This document shows positions 38,058 through 46,959 of a stretch of DNA of 56,502 bases, piece by piece. The stretch spans positions 1 to 56,502 of the IMG/VR virus record IMGVR_UViG_3300047476_001839. One strand, given 5' to 3'. Position 1 is the first letter of the stretch; each line of letters begins with the position of its first letter. This stretch comes from a virus. Taxonomy: Duplodnaviria; Caudoviricetes. Under the pieces are notes generated by a model. The model was not told where the DNA came from. It worked only from the letters and a program-made list of their open reading frames with translations, and did not search any database. Position numbers and translations under genes: made by a program.

Positions 38058-38120
38058 ATTAAGAACGAATAAATCTTAAAAAAATCTATAGATTTTTTTA
38101 GAATATAGTTTTAGTTAATA
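38057..38120. repeat. 64-bp dyad element, copy 14
   Basis: Consensus match. Confidence 0.92.
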
Positions 38121-38131
38121 AAAAATAGTTC

Positions 38132-38160
38132 TTGACATATGTCATTATATGGCTTATACT
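38132..38160 (+). promoter_or_regulatory. sigma70-type early promoter with palindromic TGACATATGTCA
   Basis: TTGACA-N17-TATACT; representative of many in 8.4-50 kb. Confidence 0.8.
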
Positions 38161-38166
38161 TACTCT

Positions 38167-38442
38167 ATGAACGAATACCAAGGCTACAAAAACAAAGCCA
38201 CAATGTTAGTAAGTAAGAATTTTGTTCCACGTATTGAACGAATGTTAAATCAACGTGTTAGTGGACAGCCTCTTCCTGAAGGTGCAATTCGACGACATCT
38301 TTTGCTTGCATCATATGAACTTGATAAACTCCCTGTAATTTTTCAAGAACTGTTGCTGGCTACTTGGGCGGAAATTGATTGGGATACATTGTTCGCAGAA
38401 GCAAGAAAAAATAATGAAGAAAAGGCTTGCACTGCTGAGTAA
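38167..38442 (+). CDS. hypothetical protein (paralog of 49609)
   Basis: Leaderless; MNEYQGYKNKAT..IDWDTL. Confidence 0.75.
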   Translation: MNEYQGYKNKATMLVSKNFVPRIERMLNQRVSGQPLPEGAIRRHLLLASYELDKLPVIFQELLLATWAEIDWDTLFAEARKNNEEKACTAE

Positions 38443-38459
38443 TATGGCGTAATATATTG

Positions 38460-38805
38460 ATGTGAGGTTGGAGTCGAGAACCAGCCTCATACAGTGAGAG
38501 TCCTAAACGGCTAGAATCTATTGCGAGATTCAAATAAGGGTAGCAACCTTGGAGTAGTTAAATCTACAATCTCTTACTGATTCCTTGGCAGGGACTGACG
38601 CAAACAGTTATGTCAAGGCAAATGATTTGTGGTTAGATACTATGCTCTCATTTGAGACACGGGTATCATCGAAGGCAGAGACCATCGAAAGAACTGCTAA
38701 TTTCATCTAGTGAAAACTAGGTGTGGATTGAAATCGTACTGGTTGAACTCCAGCTAACCACGAGTCCATTAAAAACCCCCTAAGACTTTTCTTGGGGGTT
38801 TTTTT
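38460..38805 (+). ncRNA. large (~310 nt plus terminator) structured non-coding RNA of unknown family
   Basis: TTGCAC-N17-TAATAT promoter; no ORF in track; at least 10 stems including long-range CAGTGAGAG/CTCTTACTG and GTGGTTAG/CTAACCAC; own terminator. Confidence 0.7.
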
Positions 38806-38868
38806 ATTAACAACGAATAAATCATAAAAAATTCTATAGAATTTTTTAGAATATATTTTTCGTTAATA
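38805..38868. repeat. 64-bp dyad element, copy 15
   Basis: Consensus match. Confidence 0.92.
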
Positions 38869-38914
38869 AATAAATTTATTTGACATATATCAGAATATGC
38901 CCTATACTTACTCT

Positions 38915-39133
38915 ATGAAACTTGAACAGGTCTTACCAATGCTTCGTGATGGTAAATGCATCTCAAGAGAAAAGCCACAACAAAACGGTGGGGCTTTGAT
39001 TTTATTTGTAAGAATGTTGAATGAAAAATTGCATTTCATGTTCATTGCATCAACTGGAGAACAAATTTCATGGTCATATTACACACTTAAAACTGATGAT
39101 GTAATGGCAGAAAATTGGGAGGTAGTAGAATGA
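38915..39133 (+). CDS. Tad2/DUF2829-like protein
   Basis: MKLEQVLPMLRDGKCISR...DDVMAENWEVVE. Confidence 0.6.
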   Translation: MKLEQVLPMLRDGKCISREKPQQNGGALILFVRMLNEKLHFMFIASTGEQISWSYYTLKTDDVMAENWEVVE

Positions 39134-39450
39134 CAGAAGAGATTATTAATAGAACAATGCAGGTTTTTCTTTACACTGGTGGCTTTGTTGCTTTTTGGCA
39201 GATTACAAAGCATATGCCAAAAGTGTTTCATAATTTGCTTGAATACATTACGCTATTATCATTTGCTGTTGCTTGTGTAATGCCAATTGCTTGTTTAATT
39301 GAATATGTTTTGATTGGCAACATTCACAATACAATGGCGTTTGTTGGTTGTGTCTGTGGTGTTAGTTTCTTGTCTGTAGTTTGGATGACATTGGTAGGAC
39401 TTTCACGGTCAATGCAAGGAAAGGAACAGTTTAAGTATGTTGTTCTCTAA
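39130..39450 (+). CDS. membrane protein
   Basis: Three TM segments; GGAGG SD. Confidence 0.7.
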   Translation: MTEEIINRTMQVFLYTGGFVAFWQITKHMPKVFHNLLEYITLLSFAVACVMPIACLIEYVLIGNIHNTMAFVGCVCGVSFLSVVWMTLVGLSRSMQGKEQFKYVVL

Positions 39451-39781
39451 GAATGGTTTCAAGAGCGTAGACACAGCCGAATCGTTCATCAAAGAAGCGA
39501 TGGAACTCGGAAACAAAGACGTTGTTTTAAGCGTAGTGCATGATGATGGCGTTATTGATTTAGTCTTTAGCCCAACAATGGATGCAATCGAGGCTGAGGT
39601 GTTCCACTTTCTTAATGATGGCACAGAACTCAAATTCACTATGCCACTTAAATCCCTCGCCAATGACACTATATCATCATTGCACTTGACTAGTGCAATA
39701 TATGCATATCTGTCCGAAGCCTTCAAGGTTGCTGATATGTTCCGAAGAACTACCAGACAAAGCACGGACTATGCATCCTAG
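39437..39781 (+). CDS. hypothetical protein
   Basis: AAGGA SD. Confidence 0.7.
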   Translation: MLFSKNGFKSVDTAESFIKEAMELGNKDVVLSVVHDDGVIDLVFSPTMDAIEAEVFHFLNDGTELKFTMPLKSLANDTISSLHLTSAIYAYLSEAFKVADMFRRTTRQSTDYAS

Positions 39782-39808
39782 CTGAATCCCTCAGAAATGA
39801 GGGATTTT

Positions 39809-39872
39809 TATTAACAACGAATAAATCATAAAAAATTCTATAGAATTTTTTAGAATATATTTTTACTTAATA
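39809..39872. repeat. 64-bp dyad element, copy 16
   Basis: Consensus match. Confidence 0.92.
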
Positions 39873-39932
39873 AATTTATTTTCTTGACATACCATGAAAT
39901 ATGTCATATACTTGATGAGTAAGGAGTTTAGC

Positions 39933-40223
39933 ATGAAGATTCAAACCACTAAGTACGGTCTCTGCACTGTCAAGAAGCAGAAATATCAGAACAACGGTAA
40001 CCTCGCTCTTATTCTTGTTGATGAGGATGGATGCCCTGTCACCAGCATTTCTACAAATGTTTTCGCTATGGGTGAGAACGAGTTTTGCGCCAACATATTC
40101 AATATCGGTGCTACACTCTGGAACGATATTGCAACCTCTGGTCTTTTTGAGCAGACTGGTGAAAAAGTTCCATCTGGATTTTGTGAATATCCAGTCTGCA
40201 AGCTTCTTGTAGAAATCGACTAA
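39933..40223 (+). CDS. DUF4313-like protein
   Basis: KYQNNGNLALIL..ISTNV..TGEKVPSGFCEYPV. Confidence 0.6.
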   Translation: MKIQTTKYGLCTVKKQKYQNNGNLALILVDEDGCPVTSISTNVFAMGENEFCANIFNIGATLWNDIATSGLFEQTGEKVPSGFCEYPVCKLLVEID

Positions 40224-40252
40224 AAGGGGAGGGCGAAAGCCCTCCCCTTTTT

Positions 40253-40315
40253 TATTAACCAAAAATATAATCTAAAAAATTCAAAGAATTTTTTAAGCTT
40301 TAGAAACTGTTAATA
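40253..40315. repeat. 64-bp dyad element, copy 17
   Basis: Consensus match; between convergent terminators. Confidence 0.88.
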
Positions 40316-40371
40316 AATTTTGTTACTTTTAAAAGACACCCAAGGCATTCGCCTTGGGTGTCTTGCATCTT

Positions 40372-40788
40372 CTAGGCATATGAGTAGGAGTTGTAGCCGA
40401 CCTCAAACTCCATGTGTGGGTACTTGCCTTCCTTCAACATATAGTAATCATCCGACTTGTGTGACCTCTTTGCCTTTTGGTTCTGTTTCATCATCTCTCT
40501 CTCCATGATTATGGCTTGAACTTGCTCTACAACAGTGGGGGCGGTGAGTCCATACACAGTAAGAACAACCATGCTTTCACTAACAACCATGCAGTACTTT
40601 GAACCTTGATATTTGTAAACCAACTTGTAATGTATTTCATCGCCCTCTATCGCTTTGCCATCACACACAGCATCGAAAGGAATGTAAGATGGCATGGGTA
40701 CTTTCCTTTGCCTCGCTCTTTCAATAGCATGGTTACTGTAGATTAACTTTTCGTCACATTGTTTTTGGATATTAAAAACATTCATCAC
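40372..40788 (-). CDS. DUF4258/RelE-fold-like protein
   Basis: YSNHAIERARQR..VVLTVY. Confidence 0.5.
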   Translation of the reverse strand: MMNVFNIQKQCDEKLIYSNHAIERARQRKVPMPSYIPFDAVCDGKAIEGDEIHYKLVYKYQGSKYCMVVSESMVVLTVYGLTAPTVVEQVQAIIMEREMMKQNQKAKRSHKSDDYYMLKEGKYPHMEFEVGYNSYSYA

Positions 40789-40902
40789 CTTTCCTCCTCT
40801 TGGGATACATCAGTTTATCACATATGTCATTAAAAAACAAATTTAATATTTACTTGCGACTGTCTGCCATATGTGTTATATTAGTGGTGTAAGGAGTTCG
40901 AT

Positions 40903-41175
40903 ATGAAAGCAACTAGAAATTCGGATAGGCTTCGTGAGATTTTGTTTGCAACTCGTAATCAGATTGTATCGCTTAAGGATATTCAAATGGATATGATGCG
41001 ACATGATACAAAGGTAGCAAACAACATTGCAACACAAATTTCTGCATTGGAAGAGGTTTACAAGCATCAACTTACTCTTGTCAATCAGGCAGACATCGCA
41101 GAGCCAAAACGCAATGGTTGGTTCTCAGGTCACATCAAGACCAAAGAAGACCGCCTAGCCAACATCATGGACTAA
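40903..41175 (+). CDS. hypothetical protein
   Basis: AAGGAG SD. Confidence 0.75.
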   Translation: MKATRNSDRLREILFATRNQIVSLKDIQMDMMRHDTKVANNIATQISALEEVYKHQLTLVNQADIAEPKRNGWFSGHIKTKEDRLANIMD

Positions 41176-41254
41176 ACCAAAGCTCCTAGTAAATATAGGG
41201 GCTTTTTCATTGACACTATATCTGACATATGTTATATTGTTAGTGGAGGATGGT

Positions 41255-41410
41255 ATGAAGAATAAATTTGCTGGTAGATGTTGCTATTGTGCTTGCTCTG
41301 TTGATGCAGGCGAAGGTCGATGCTGGAGATGGGACGAGACCAAGCGATGGTATGTAGCCTGCGAAGATTGCTTCCAAGACAAGAAAGAAGAGCGTAAAAA
41401 TAGCAAGTGA
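41255..41410 (+). CDS. small Zn-finger protein
   Basis: GGAGG SD; NKFAGRCCYC..CEDC. Confidence 0.65.
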   Translation: MKNKFAGRCCYCACSVDAGEGRCWRWDETKRWYVACEDCFQDKKEERKNSK

Positions 41411-41440
41411 TATATGAGGGAGCCAATAGCTCCCTTTTTT

Positions 41441-41504
41441 TATTAACAACGAATAAATCTTAAAAAATTCTATGGAATTTTTTAGAATATACTTTTACTT
41501 AATA
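41441..41504. repeat. 64-bp dyad element, copy 18 (reference)
   Basis: TATTAA CAACGAA TA AATCT TAAAAAAT TCTATGGA ATTTTTTA GAATA TA CTTTTAC TTAATA. Confidence 0.93.
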
Positions 41505-41562
41505 AATTTATTTACTTGACATCTGATGACATATGCCCTATACTTATATCAAGGAGAACGAT

Positions 41563-41910
41563 ATGGGGCTTGATAACATCTGGAAAAAGAACAAAGACGA
41601 AAACGGTGTCATTGAAGGCGAGTTTAAACTCTGTGGTGGAGTTTTCTCTGGTCATGGTAACGATTCATTCCGTGGAAAAGTTTACGACCGCTTTGTAGAG
41701 GATGTCACTGGCGTTTCCTTGTATGGCGACCCAGAAACCTTTGAGATTCCAAACGAAACTGTCAAGCAGATGGCAGATGATTTGGAAGCAACAGAATGGC
41801 GTGATTCTTACATCCAAAACTATGACATTGAAGAGCAAGAATTCAAAGACTTGGTCAGAATGTTCAGGCTTCACGCTGATGCTGGTCACTACCTGTTGGC
41901 TTGGTTTTAA
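41563..41910 (+). CDS. hypothetical protein
   Basis: AAGGAG SD; MGLD..SFRGKVY..AWF. Confidence 0.8.
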   Translation: MGLDNIWKKNKDENGVIEGEFKLCGGVFSGHGNDSFRGKVYDRFVEDVTGVSLYGDPETFEIPNETVKQMADDLEATEWRDSYIQNYDIEEQEFKDLVRMFRLHADAGHYLLAWF

Positions 41911-41922
41911 GGAGATAAAGCA

Positions 41923-42246
41923 ATGAGAGATTACATGACACTTGGTTCAGTTCCATATGAAGAAGACTGCATTCAGATGGGTAAAGATGGACAAAGAGAA
42001 GAATGTCGCAAGTTTGTCAATATGCTCAGAGAGAAGTTTATCAACATTCCTGAGTGGGCTTCTTTTTCAGTAAAGTCCAATCCTTACGAGTATGATTATT
42101 ACTACGAAGCCGCTGTAAACTGGAACGATGATGATGAAGAATCAACACAGTTTGCATTCTTTGTTGAAAGCAATATTCCAGCTCGATGGGATGACACAGA
42201 GCAGATTGACTGGAAAGCACCAAAAAAAGTGCTGACCGAGGCTTAA
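41923..42246 (+). CDS. hypothetical phage protein
   Basis: LGSVPYEEDCIQMG..YYEA..PARWD. Confidence 0.8.
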   Translation: MRDYMTLGSVPYEEDCIQMGKDGQREECRKFVNMLREKFINIPEWASFSVKSNPYEYDYYYEAAVNWNDDDEESTQFAFFVESNIPARWDDTEQIDWKAPKKVLTEA

Positions 42247-42277
42247 CAAAGAGGGCGGAAGCCCTCTTTGTTTTTTT

Positions 42278-42341
42278 TATTAACAACGAATAAATCATAA
42301 AAAATTCTATAGAATTTTTTAGAATATATTTTTAGTTAATA
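42278..42341. repeat. 64-bp dyad element, copy 19
   Basis: Consensus match. Confidence 0.93.
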
Positions 42342-42405
42342 AATTTATTTACTTGCATACATCTGACATATGTCCTATAATGAGTCATCACTGAAGGAGA
42401 TAGCA

Positions 42406-42765
42406 ATGGCTACAAAGACTAGTTTGACAACAATGGATGCGGTTAAAAAGTTGATGGAATTCAACAAACTCTACAACAATATCGTCACTGTTACTGTTAA
42501 TGAGAAGAATACTCTTACTCAAGCAGAATGGGCATTGGAAGATGCAAAGTTTGAGATTCTCCGTTCCGCAGATGTCAAGGAACTTGGTTCCAATGCAGAA
42601 CAGCGTGAAGCAAAACTCTCCGGTTTGCTTGCAGAGCAAGTAAAGGCTGTACGCTCTGCAACCTTGCGGTATGAATTGGCTAAGGCAGAAGAGCAAAAGT
42701 GCCGTGCCAATCTGGAGTTTGCAAAGCACTTGGTTCGTGCTTCCGAAATCCTAGCGGAAGCCTAA
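42406..42765 (+). CDS. coiled-coil protein
   Basis: AAGGAG SD; LGSNAEQREAK. Confidence 0.75.
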   Translation: MATKTSLTTMDAVKKLMEFNKLYNNIVTVTVNEKNTLTQAEWALEDAKFEILRSADVKELGSNAEQREAKLSGLLAEQVKAVRSATLRYELAKAEEQKCRANLEFAKHLVRASEILAEA

Positions 42766-42796
42766 GACCAAAAGGAGGGCGAAAGCCCTCCTTTTT

Positions 42797-42860
42797 TATT
42801 AACCAAAAATATTTTCTAAAAAATATTTATATATTTTTTAAGCTTTATTCGTTGTTAATA
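42797..42860. repeat. 64-bp dyad element, copy 20
   Basis: Consensus match; between convergent terminators. Confidence 0.9.
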
Positions 42861-42895
42861 TATTTTGGGAGGGGATTGCTCCCCTTCCTTTCACT

Positions 42896-43453
42896 TTAGC
42901 CGGTTGCTCCGTAAGCATCCTCTGCAAAGTTCTGCTCACCAAGGATTGCATCTACCGTTTTAATGCCGTCCTCGATTGCTTTGACAAGACTGGTCACAAC
43001 CATCTTCTCATCAAACTCGCTATCAGACAACCAGATTGAATTTCCAAACTTGTTGTACTTATTGAATCCGCCCGTGCGACATACCTTGTAAGTGAACAGT
43101 TTAGACAACTCATCGGTATCGCCAGACATAAAGGAGAGAATGGTGATATCGTTATTGTAAAGGGTCTTGAAGATGTCCCAAACACGCACTTGCTTCTTTG
43201 TGCTATCGCCGGAAGCACCATCTTTAGGAGCAATGTACTGGCGGTCAACAAGGACGATGAAACGGTCACGGTAATGGAAAGCGGCTCCACCACCACGCTC
43301 AAGGCGAAGGGTTGTGTTTCCTGGGATTCCAACACTAGTAACCATTGTAAGGCTAGGGTGTTTTTCTGCCATCTTTTCAAAAACAGCATTGCGGATGTTG
43401 CGAAGGCTCTGAATTGATGCTTCAGATTCTGGGGAGTTCTTTAAACGTGCCAT
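42896..43453 (-). CDS. hypothetical protein
   Basis: AAGGA SD, promoter upstream. Confidence 0.75.
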   Translation of the reverse strand: MARLKNSPESEASIQSLRNIRNAVFEKMAEKHPSLTMVTSVGIPGNTTLRLERGGGAAFHYRDRFIVLVDRQYIAPKDGASGDSTKKQVRVWDIFKTLYNNDITILSFMSGDTDELSKLFTYKVCRTGGFNKYNKFGNSIWLSDSEFDEKMVVTSLVKAIEDGIKTVDAILGEQNFAEDAYGATG

Positions 43454-43522
43454 TTGACTTTCCTTTACCAAACTGATGCTTCATCATATCGGATATTTAG
43501 ACATATGTCAAGAAGAATTTTC

Positions 43523-43586
43523 TATTAACATTTACTATATTCTAAAAAATTCATTTGAATTTTTTAAGCTTTATTTTCAGTTAATA
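43523..43586. repeat. 64-bp dyad element, copy 21
   Basis: Consensus match. Confidence 0.9.
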
Positions 43587-43616
43587 AAAAAAAAGGAAAG
43601 GCTTTCGCCCTTCCTT

Positions 43617-43877
43617 TTATGCTTCGATGTTTATGTACTTAGCTTCAGGATACCAACACGAAACCGCCAATACTGCTTCTTTTGGTTCCTCGTCTTCAAG
43701 ATCCTTTACAAAGTCTGTCAACATCTTAAAGAACGTATATCTGGACACCAACGTGAATGCAGTGTTTTCATCACCTTTAGTAAACTTTTCAATAAACTGC
43801 TCCTGGTCTTCATCGTTCAATTCAATGCTCTCAAAGACATAAGAAGCGTTCCAATAACCAATTGTATTTACTGCCAT
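43617..43877 (-). CDS. hypothetical protein
   Basis: Start moved to MAVNTIG (TAATG coupling). Confidence 0.7.
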   Translation of the reverse strand: MAVNTIGYWNASYVFESIELNDEDQEQFIEKFTKGDENTAFTLVSRYTFFKMLTDFVKDLEDEEPKEAVLAVSCWYPEAKYINIEA

Positions 43878-43963
43878 TATTTTACCTTTCCTACAGACAA
43901 GATGCCGAAAACGATTGACAACAAGCCCAAAGTCACTAGGGTTGACATTACAATGCTGTCCAT
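43877..43963 (-). CDS. 28-aa membrane peptide
   Basis: MDSIVMSTLVTLGLLSIVFGILSVGKVK; TAATG-coupled on both sides. Confidence 0.6.
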   Translation of the reverse strand: MDSIVMSTLVTLGLLSIVFGILSVGKVK

Positions 43964-44397
43964 TACTTCTCATCCTCTGCAAACGGCTTTACGGTCTCGA
44001 TGACGTTCATTAGTTCGCTGGTCATTTTCTGGCGAATGCCTACGACAACTTGCCATTGCTTTGCTTTGAGCACATCCATATCAAGGTTTTGGAACTGCTC
44101 GCTGGTCATACGCCCAACCATGCCATCAAGCAAGATTGTCAACTTAGCCTTGTCGTTGCCGTAGTAGGTTTTGGTGTAAGTGATGAAACGGAACGGTTGG
44201 CCATCATTGTCTCTAACCTCGGTGCTTTCAAAAATCCATTTGAAGGTCGGTACAAGAACGTTAGGGTCATCAAAGGATTTAACCTGTACCGCTTCGCAAT
44301 CAATGAGGGCACAAATGTAAGTGCCCTGAAGCTCGGCTACACTGTGCTTCTTTCCATTACCTGCCGAGAACTTCCCGTGCTGTGCAAAAAATCCCAT
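43963..44397 (-). CDS. putative OB-fold ssDNA-binding-like phage protein
   Basis: GTYICALID..FKWIFE..DGQPF..KAKLTILLDGMVGR. Confidence 0.5.
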   Translation of the reverse strand: MGFFAQHGKFSAGNGKKHSVAELQGTYICALIDCEAVQVKSFDDPNVLVPTFKWIFESTEVRDNDGQPFRFITYTKTYYGNDKAKLTILLDGMVGRMTSEQFQNLDMDVLKAKQWQVVVGIRQKMTSELMNVIETVKPFAEDEK

Positions 44398-44627
44398 TAC
44401 TTTACATCCTCTGCAAACGGGTCACCAAGCAAAACACTCATCTCTGCTTCGATGGCTTCAAGTTTTTGTTTTGCTACCGTGATTTCATCTTCTATCCAGT
44501 CAAAACGGATAGTAGAAACCTGGTCTGGGTCATTGCTGTAAACTCTTGCTTCCATTGCAGAACGTACACCACAATAGAATGCATTGAGAACATTGGCTCT
44601 CTGTTTGTCGTAATCTTTGATTTCCAT
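44397..44627 (-). CDS. hypothetical protein
   Basis: AAGGA SD. Confidence 0.7.
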   Translation of the reverse strand: MEIKDYDKQRANVLNAFYCGVRSAMEARVYSNDPDQVSTIRFDWIEDEITVAKQKLEAIEAEMSVLLGDPFAEDVK

Positions 44628-44688
44628 ATCTTTGTTCCTTACACCAATAGTATAAGCCATATGTCAAAAGATGTCAAGTAAATAAATT

Positions 44689-44752
44689 TATTAAGTAAAA
44701 ATATATTCTAAAAAATTTATTTAAATTTTTTATGATTTATTCGTTGTTAATA
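44689..44752. repeat. 64-bp dyad element, copy 22
   Basis: Consensus match. Confidence 0.92.
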
Positions 44753-44795
44753 AAAAACCCTCCCAGAAACACTACTAAGCTGGGAGGGTTTTATC

Positions 44796-45041
44796 TTAAG
44801 GGATAATTTGTATATCCCTTAAGACATCATCAATTGGTTTCGCAACAATAACCAATTCCATATCTTCAATATCACCTTTAGGAACGAATGTGCAATGATT
44901 CTCAAAACACTCGCAATAAGGTGCCCAACCATTCCACCCTTTACATGATGGTTTACAGTTGGTGCTTTCAAACTTGTGCCATCTCTCTTCAGCCAGCAAA
45001 GCCGACCAAAGAGAGAGAGCCTTATGCCTGTAACTGTTCAT
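44796..45041 (-). CDS. Cys-rich hypothetical protein
   Basis: CKPSCKGWNG..CEC. Confidence 0.65.
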   Translation of the reverse strand: MNSYRHKALSLWSALLAEERWHKFESTNCKPSCKGWNGWAPYCECFENHCTFVPKGDIEDMELVIVAKPIDDVLRDIQIIP

Positions 45042-45249
45042 TAATTTTCTTTCGTATCTTGTCCGAATCATGAGACACCAAGATTGCAGGAATATAAACC
45101 AAGGAACAAACAGATGACATTACCATGCCAAACAAGTCAACACCAGAGATATAGAATGCATCTCCTGCCTTGCAACCAAACAAGATTACAAACAGGAAAA
45201 CTTGTGATGCGATTGCTACACCGATAAAACCTTTAGTCCAGTTCGACAT
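45022..45249 (-). CDS. membrane protein
   Basis: Two TM segments; TAATG coupling. Confidence 0.65.
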   Translation of the reverse strand: MSNWTKGFIGVAIASQVFLFVILFGCKAGDAFYISGVDLFGMVMSSVCSLVYIPAILVSHDSDKIRKKINEQLQA

Positions 45250-45488
45250 TAATTTACCACCTTACACTTTCCTAGATTCAACTGTATCACGCCGTTGTTG
45301 TCTTCGGTAAAACCACAGAAAACAGTGCGTCCGACACGTACATAGCAGAGAGCAAAGTTCCCGAGTGCTTCCCAGAACATTGGCTGGCGCATCTTGTCAT
45401 ATGCCTTGCCTTTGTACTCTCCTGTGACCTGAATTTTGTTGTCGCAAACCCAACGAGTACCACCCTGATTCAAGTAGTAATGTGCCAT
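45249..45488 (-). CDS. hypothetical protein
   Basis: GGAGG SD; TAATG coupling. Confidence 0.7.
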   Translation of the reverse strand: MAHYYLNQGGTRWVCDNKIQVTGEYKGKAYDKMRQPMFWEALGNFALCYVRVGRTVFCGFTEDNNGVIQLNLGKCKVVN

Positions 45489-45685
45489 TACTTTACGCCT
45501 CCTTGCGTGTAGAATTTGTTACCGTCTTGAAGCACCCATTCAGTGCCATACTTGCGAGCGTAATCTTCACCCAATTGTTGTGCATCGCTACCAGATGCAA
45601 GCAATGCTCCATTATAATAAGCGGAATAGAGCATACGGGGAGACCGGCTCCGAAACTTTACGATTACGATGTCTGTAGTGTTCAT
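45488..45685 (-). CDS. hypothetical protein
   Basis: Leaderless MNTT. Confidence 0.7.
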   Translation of the reverse strand: MNTTDIVIVKFRSRSPRMLYSAYYNGALLASGSDAQQLGEDYARKYGTEWVLQDGNKFYTQGGVK

Positions 45686-45792
45686 GGCTATATATTACGA
45701 CATATGTCATACGATTGCAAGTTTATTTACGTAATAAGTATTAACTATTATTTTCTTGACAAACAGATCTTTATGTGGTAGCTATGAAAATT

Positions 45793-45856
45793 TATTAACA
45801 ACGAATAAATTGTAACAAATTTTATAAAATTTGTTAGGAAATACTTTTAGTTAATA
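45793..45856. repeat. 64-bp dyad element, copy 23
   Basis: Core variant TAACAAAT/ATTTGTTA. Confidence 0.92.
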
Positions 45857-45899
45857 AAAAACATCCCTTGACTTTCGTCAAGGGATGTGGTAGGGACTA

Positions 45900-46094
45900 C
45901 TAGTCTTGGTTTTGATCCCTGTCCCATTCTTCAAGAGCGACTTCTGTTGCATCTTGAAGCAACTCGCTCATTGACATTGTTGGGTTTTGAAACATCAGTA
46001 TTCCCAACTCAACAACAACGTAACCCTTGAAGAGTGGATCGCCTTCGACGTTGTCGTTTACGAACTGTTTGATGGTGATTGTAGTGTTTTCCAT
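45900..46094 (-). CDS. hypothetical protein (MENTT start)
   Basis: Leaderless; single-gene cassette. Confidence 0.7.
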   Translation of the reverse strand: MENTTITIKQFVNDNVEGDPLFKGYVVVELGILMFQNPTMSMSELLQDATEVALEEWDRDQNQD

Positions 46095-46150
46095 GACTAT
46101 ATTATAGGGCATATTATGACATATGTCAAAACAATTTTATGACCAAAATT

Positions 46151-46172
46151 TATTAATAACAGATATATCCTA
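46151..46172. repeat. half-site of the dyad element
   Basis: TATTAA-N7-TA-N5-TA. Confidence 0.6.
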
Positions 46173-46221
46173 AAGAAAGATTATTTAAAAATTAACCCTT
46201 GACTTTCGTCAAGGGTTGTTA

Positions 46222-46422
46222 CTAGCCTGCTTGTGTTTTGACTAGCAGTAGGTTATGTGAAGCATGATAGGTATGCTTAAACCTGTCAGTGTAGATGCTC
46301 TTTCCTAAGAGAGCAATGATGTCTGCTTCGGACATCGATTCATTGACACCAATCTGTGCCAACGTGAAGAAGTGCATATGACCGGTTGGCTCTTCTACTT
46401 CAACCTTAGTGTTTTTGTTCAT
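46222..46422 (-). CDS. hypothetical protein (MNKNTKVE)
   Basis: Leaderless; paralog of next. Confidence 0.7.
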   Translation of the reverse strand: MNKNTKVEVEEPTGHMHFFTLAQIGVNESMSEADIIALLGKSIYTDRFKHTYHASHNLLLVKTQAG

Positions 46423-46478
46423 ACCAATAGTTTACAGCATATTATGACATATGTCAAAACAATTTTATAACCAAATTT

Positions 46479-46517
46479 TATTAACTACGAATATATCCTA
46501 ACAAACCTAATTTGTTA
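46479..46517. repeat. truncated dyad element (left arm plus core)
   Basis: TATTAA CTACGAA TA TATCC TAACAAAC CTA ATTTGTTA. Confidence 0.7.
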
Positions 46518-46552
46518 AAAACAGCCCTTGACTTTCGTCAAGGGCTGAAAGT

Positions 46553-46747
46553 CTACTCTGCGTAGACTTTTAGTTCATTGGTTTCAGGAATGTACCTGGT
46601 TTCAAATTCATCAGAGTTGATGAAGTCTGCAATTTTTGCATTGAATTCTTCTTCTGTCATACCTTCGGTATAACCAAGGTCAGACATTGAGAGGTTCCAG
46701 AAACGGTTGGTGGAGAACTCTAGTTCTACTTTTGTATCTTTGTTCAT
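46553..46747 (-). CDS. hypothetical protein (MNKDTKVE)
   Basis: Leaderless; paralog of previous. Confidence 0.7.
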   Translation of the reverse strand: MNKDTKVELEFSTNRFWNLSMSDLGYTEGMTEEEFNAKIADFINSDEFETRYIPETNELKVYAE

Positions 46748-46854
46748 GCCTTTATTATAAGGCACAATATGACATATGTCAAATCATTCAGTGTGAAAAA
46801 ATACATAAACTTTTTTCTTGACAAACGGATCTTTATATGATAGCGGTCATAATT

Positions 46855-46919
46855 TATTAACAAGGAATAAATTTTAACAAATTTCAATGAAATTTGTTAG
46901 GAAATATTTTTAGTTAATA
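46855..46919. repeat. 64-bp dyad element, copy 24
   Basis: Core variant TAACAAAT/ATTTGTTA. Confidence 0.92.
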
Positions 46920-46959
46920 AAAAACATCCCTTGACTTTCGCCAAGGGATGTGGTATCGG

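Noticed and set aside
38460-38770. tmRNA, RNase P or group I/II intron identity for the large RNA
   Set aside because: No tRNA-Ala-like ends, no GAGGAAAGUCC, no P/Q/R/S or domain V motifs recognised by eye; a covariance search is still needed.
43476-44003. 175-aa plus-strand ORF
   Set aside because: Runs through a promoter, dyad and terminator, antisense to a TAATG-coupled operon.
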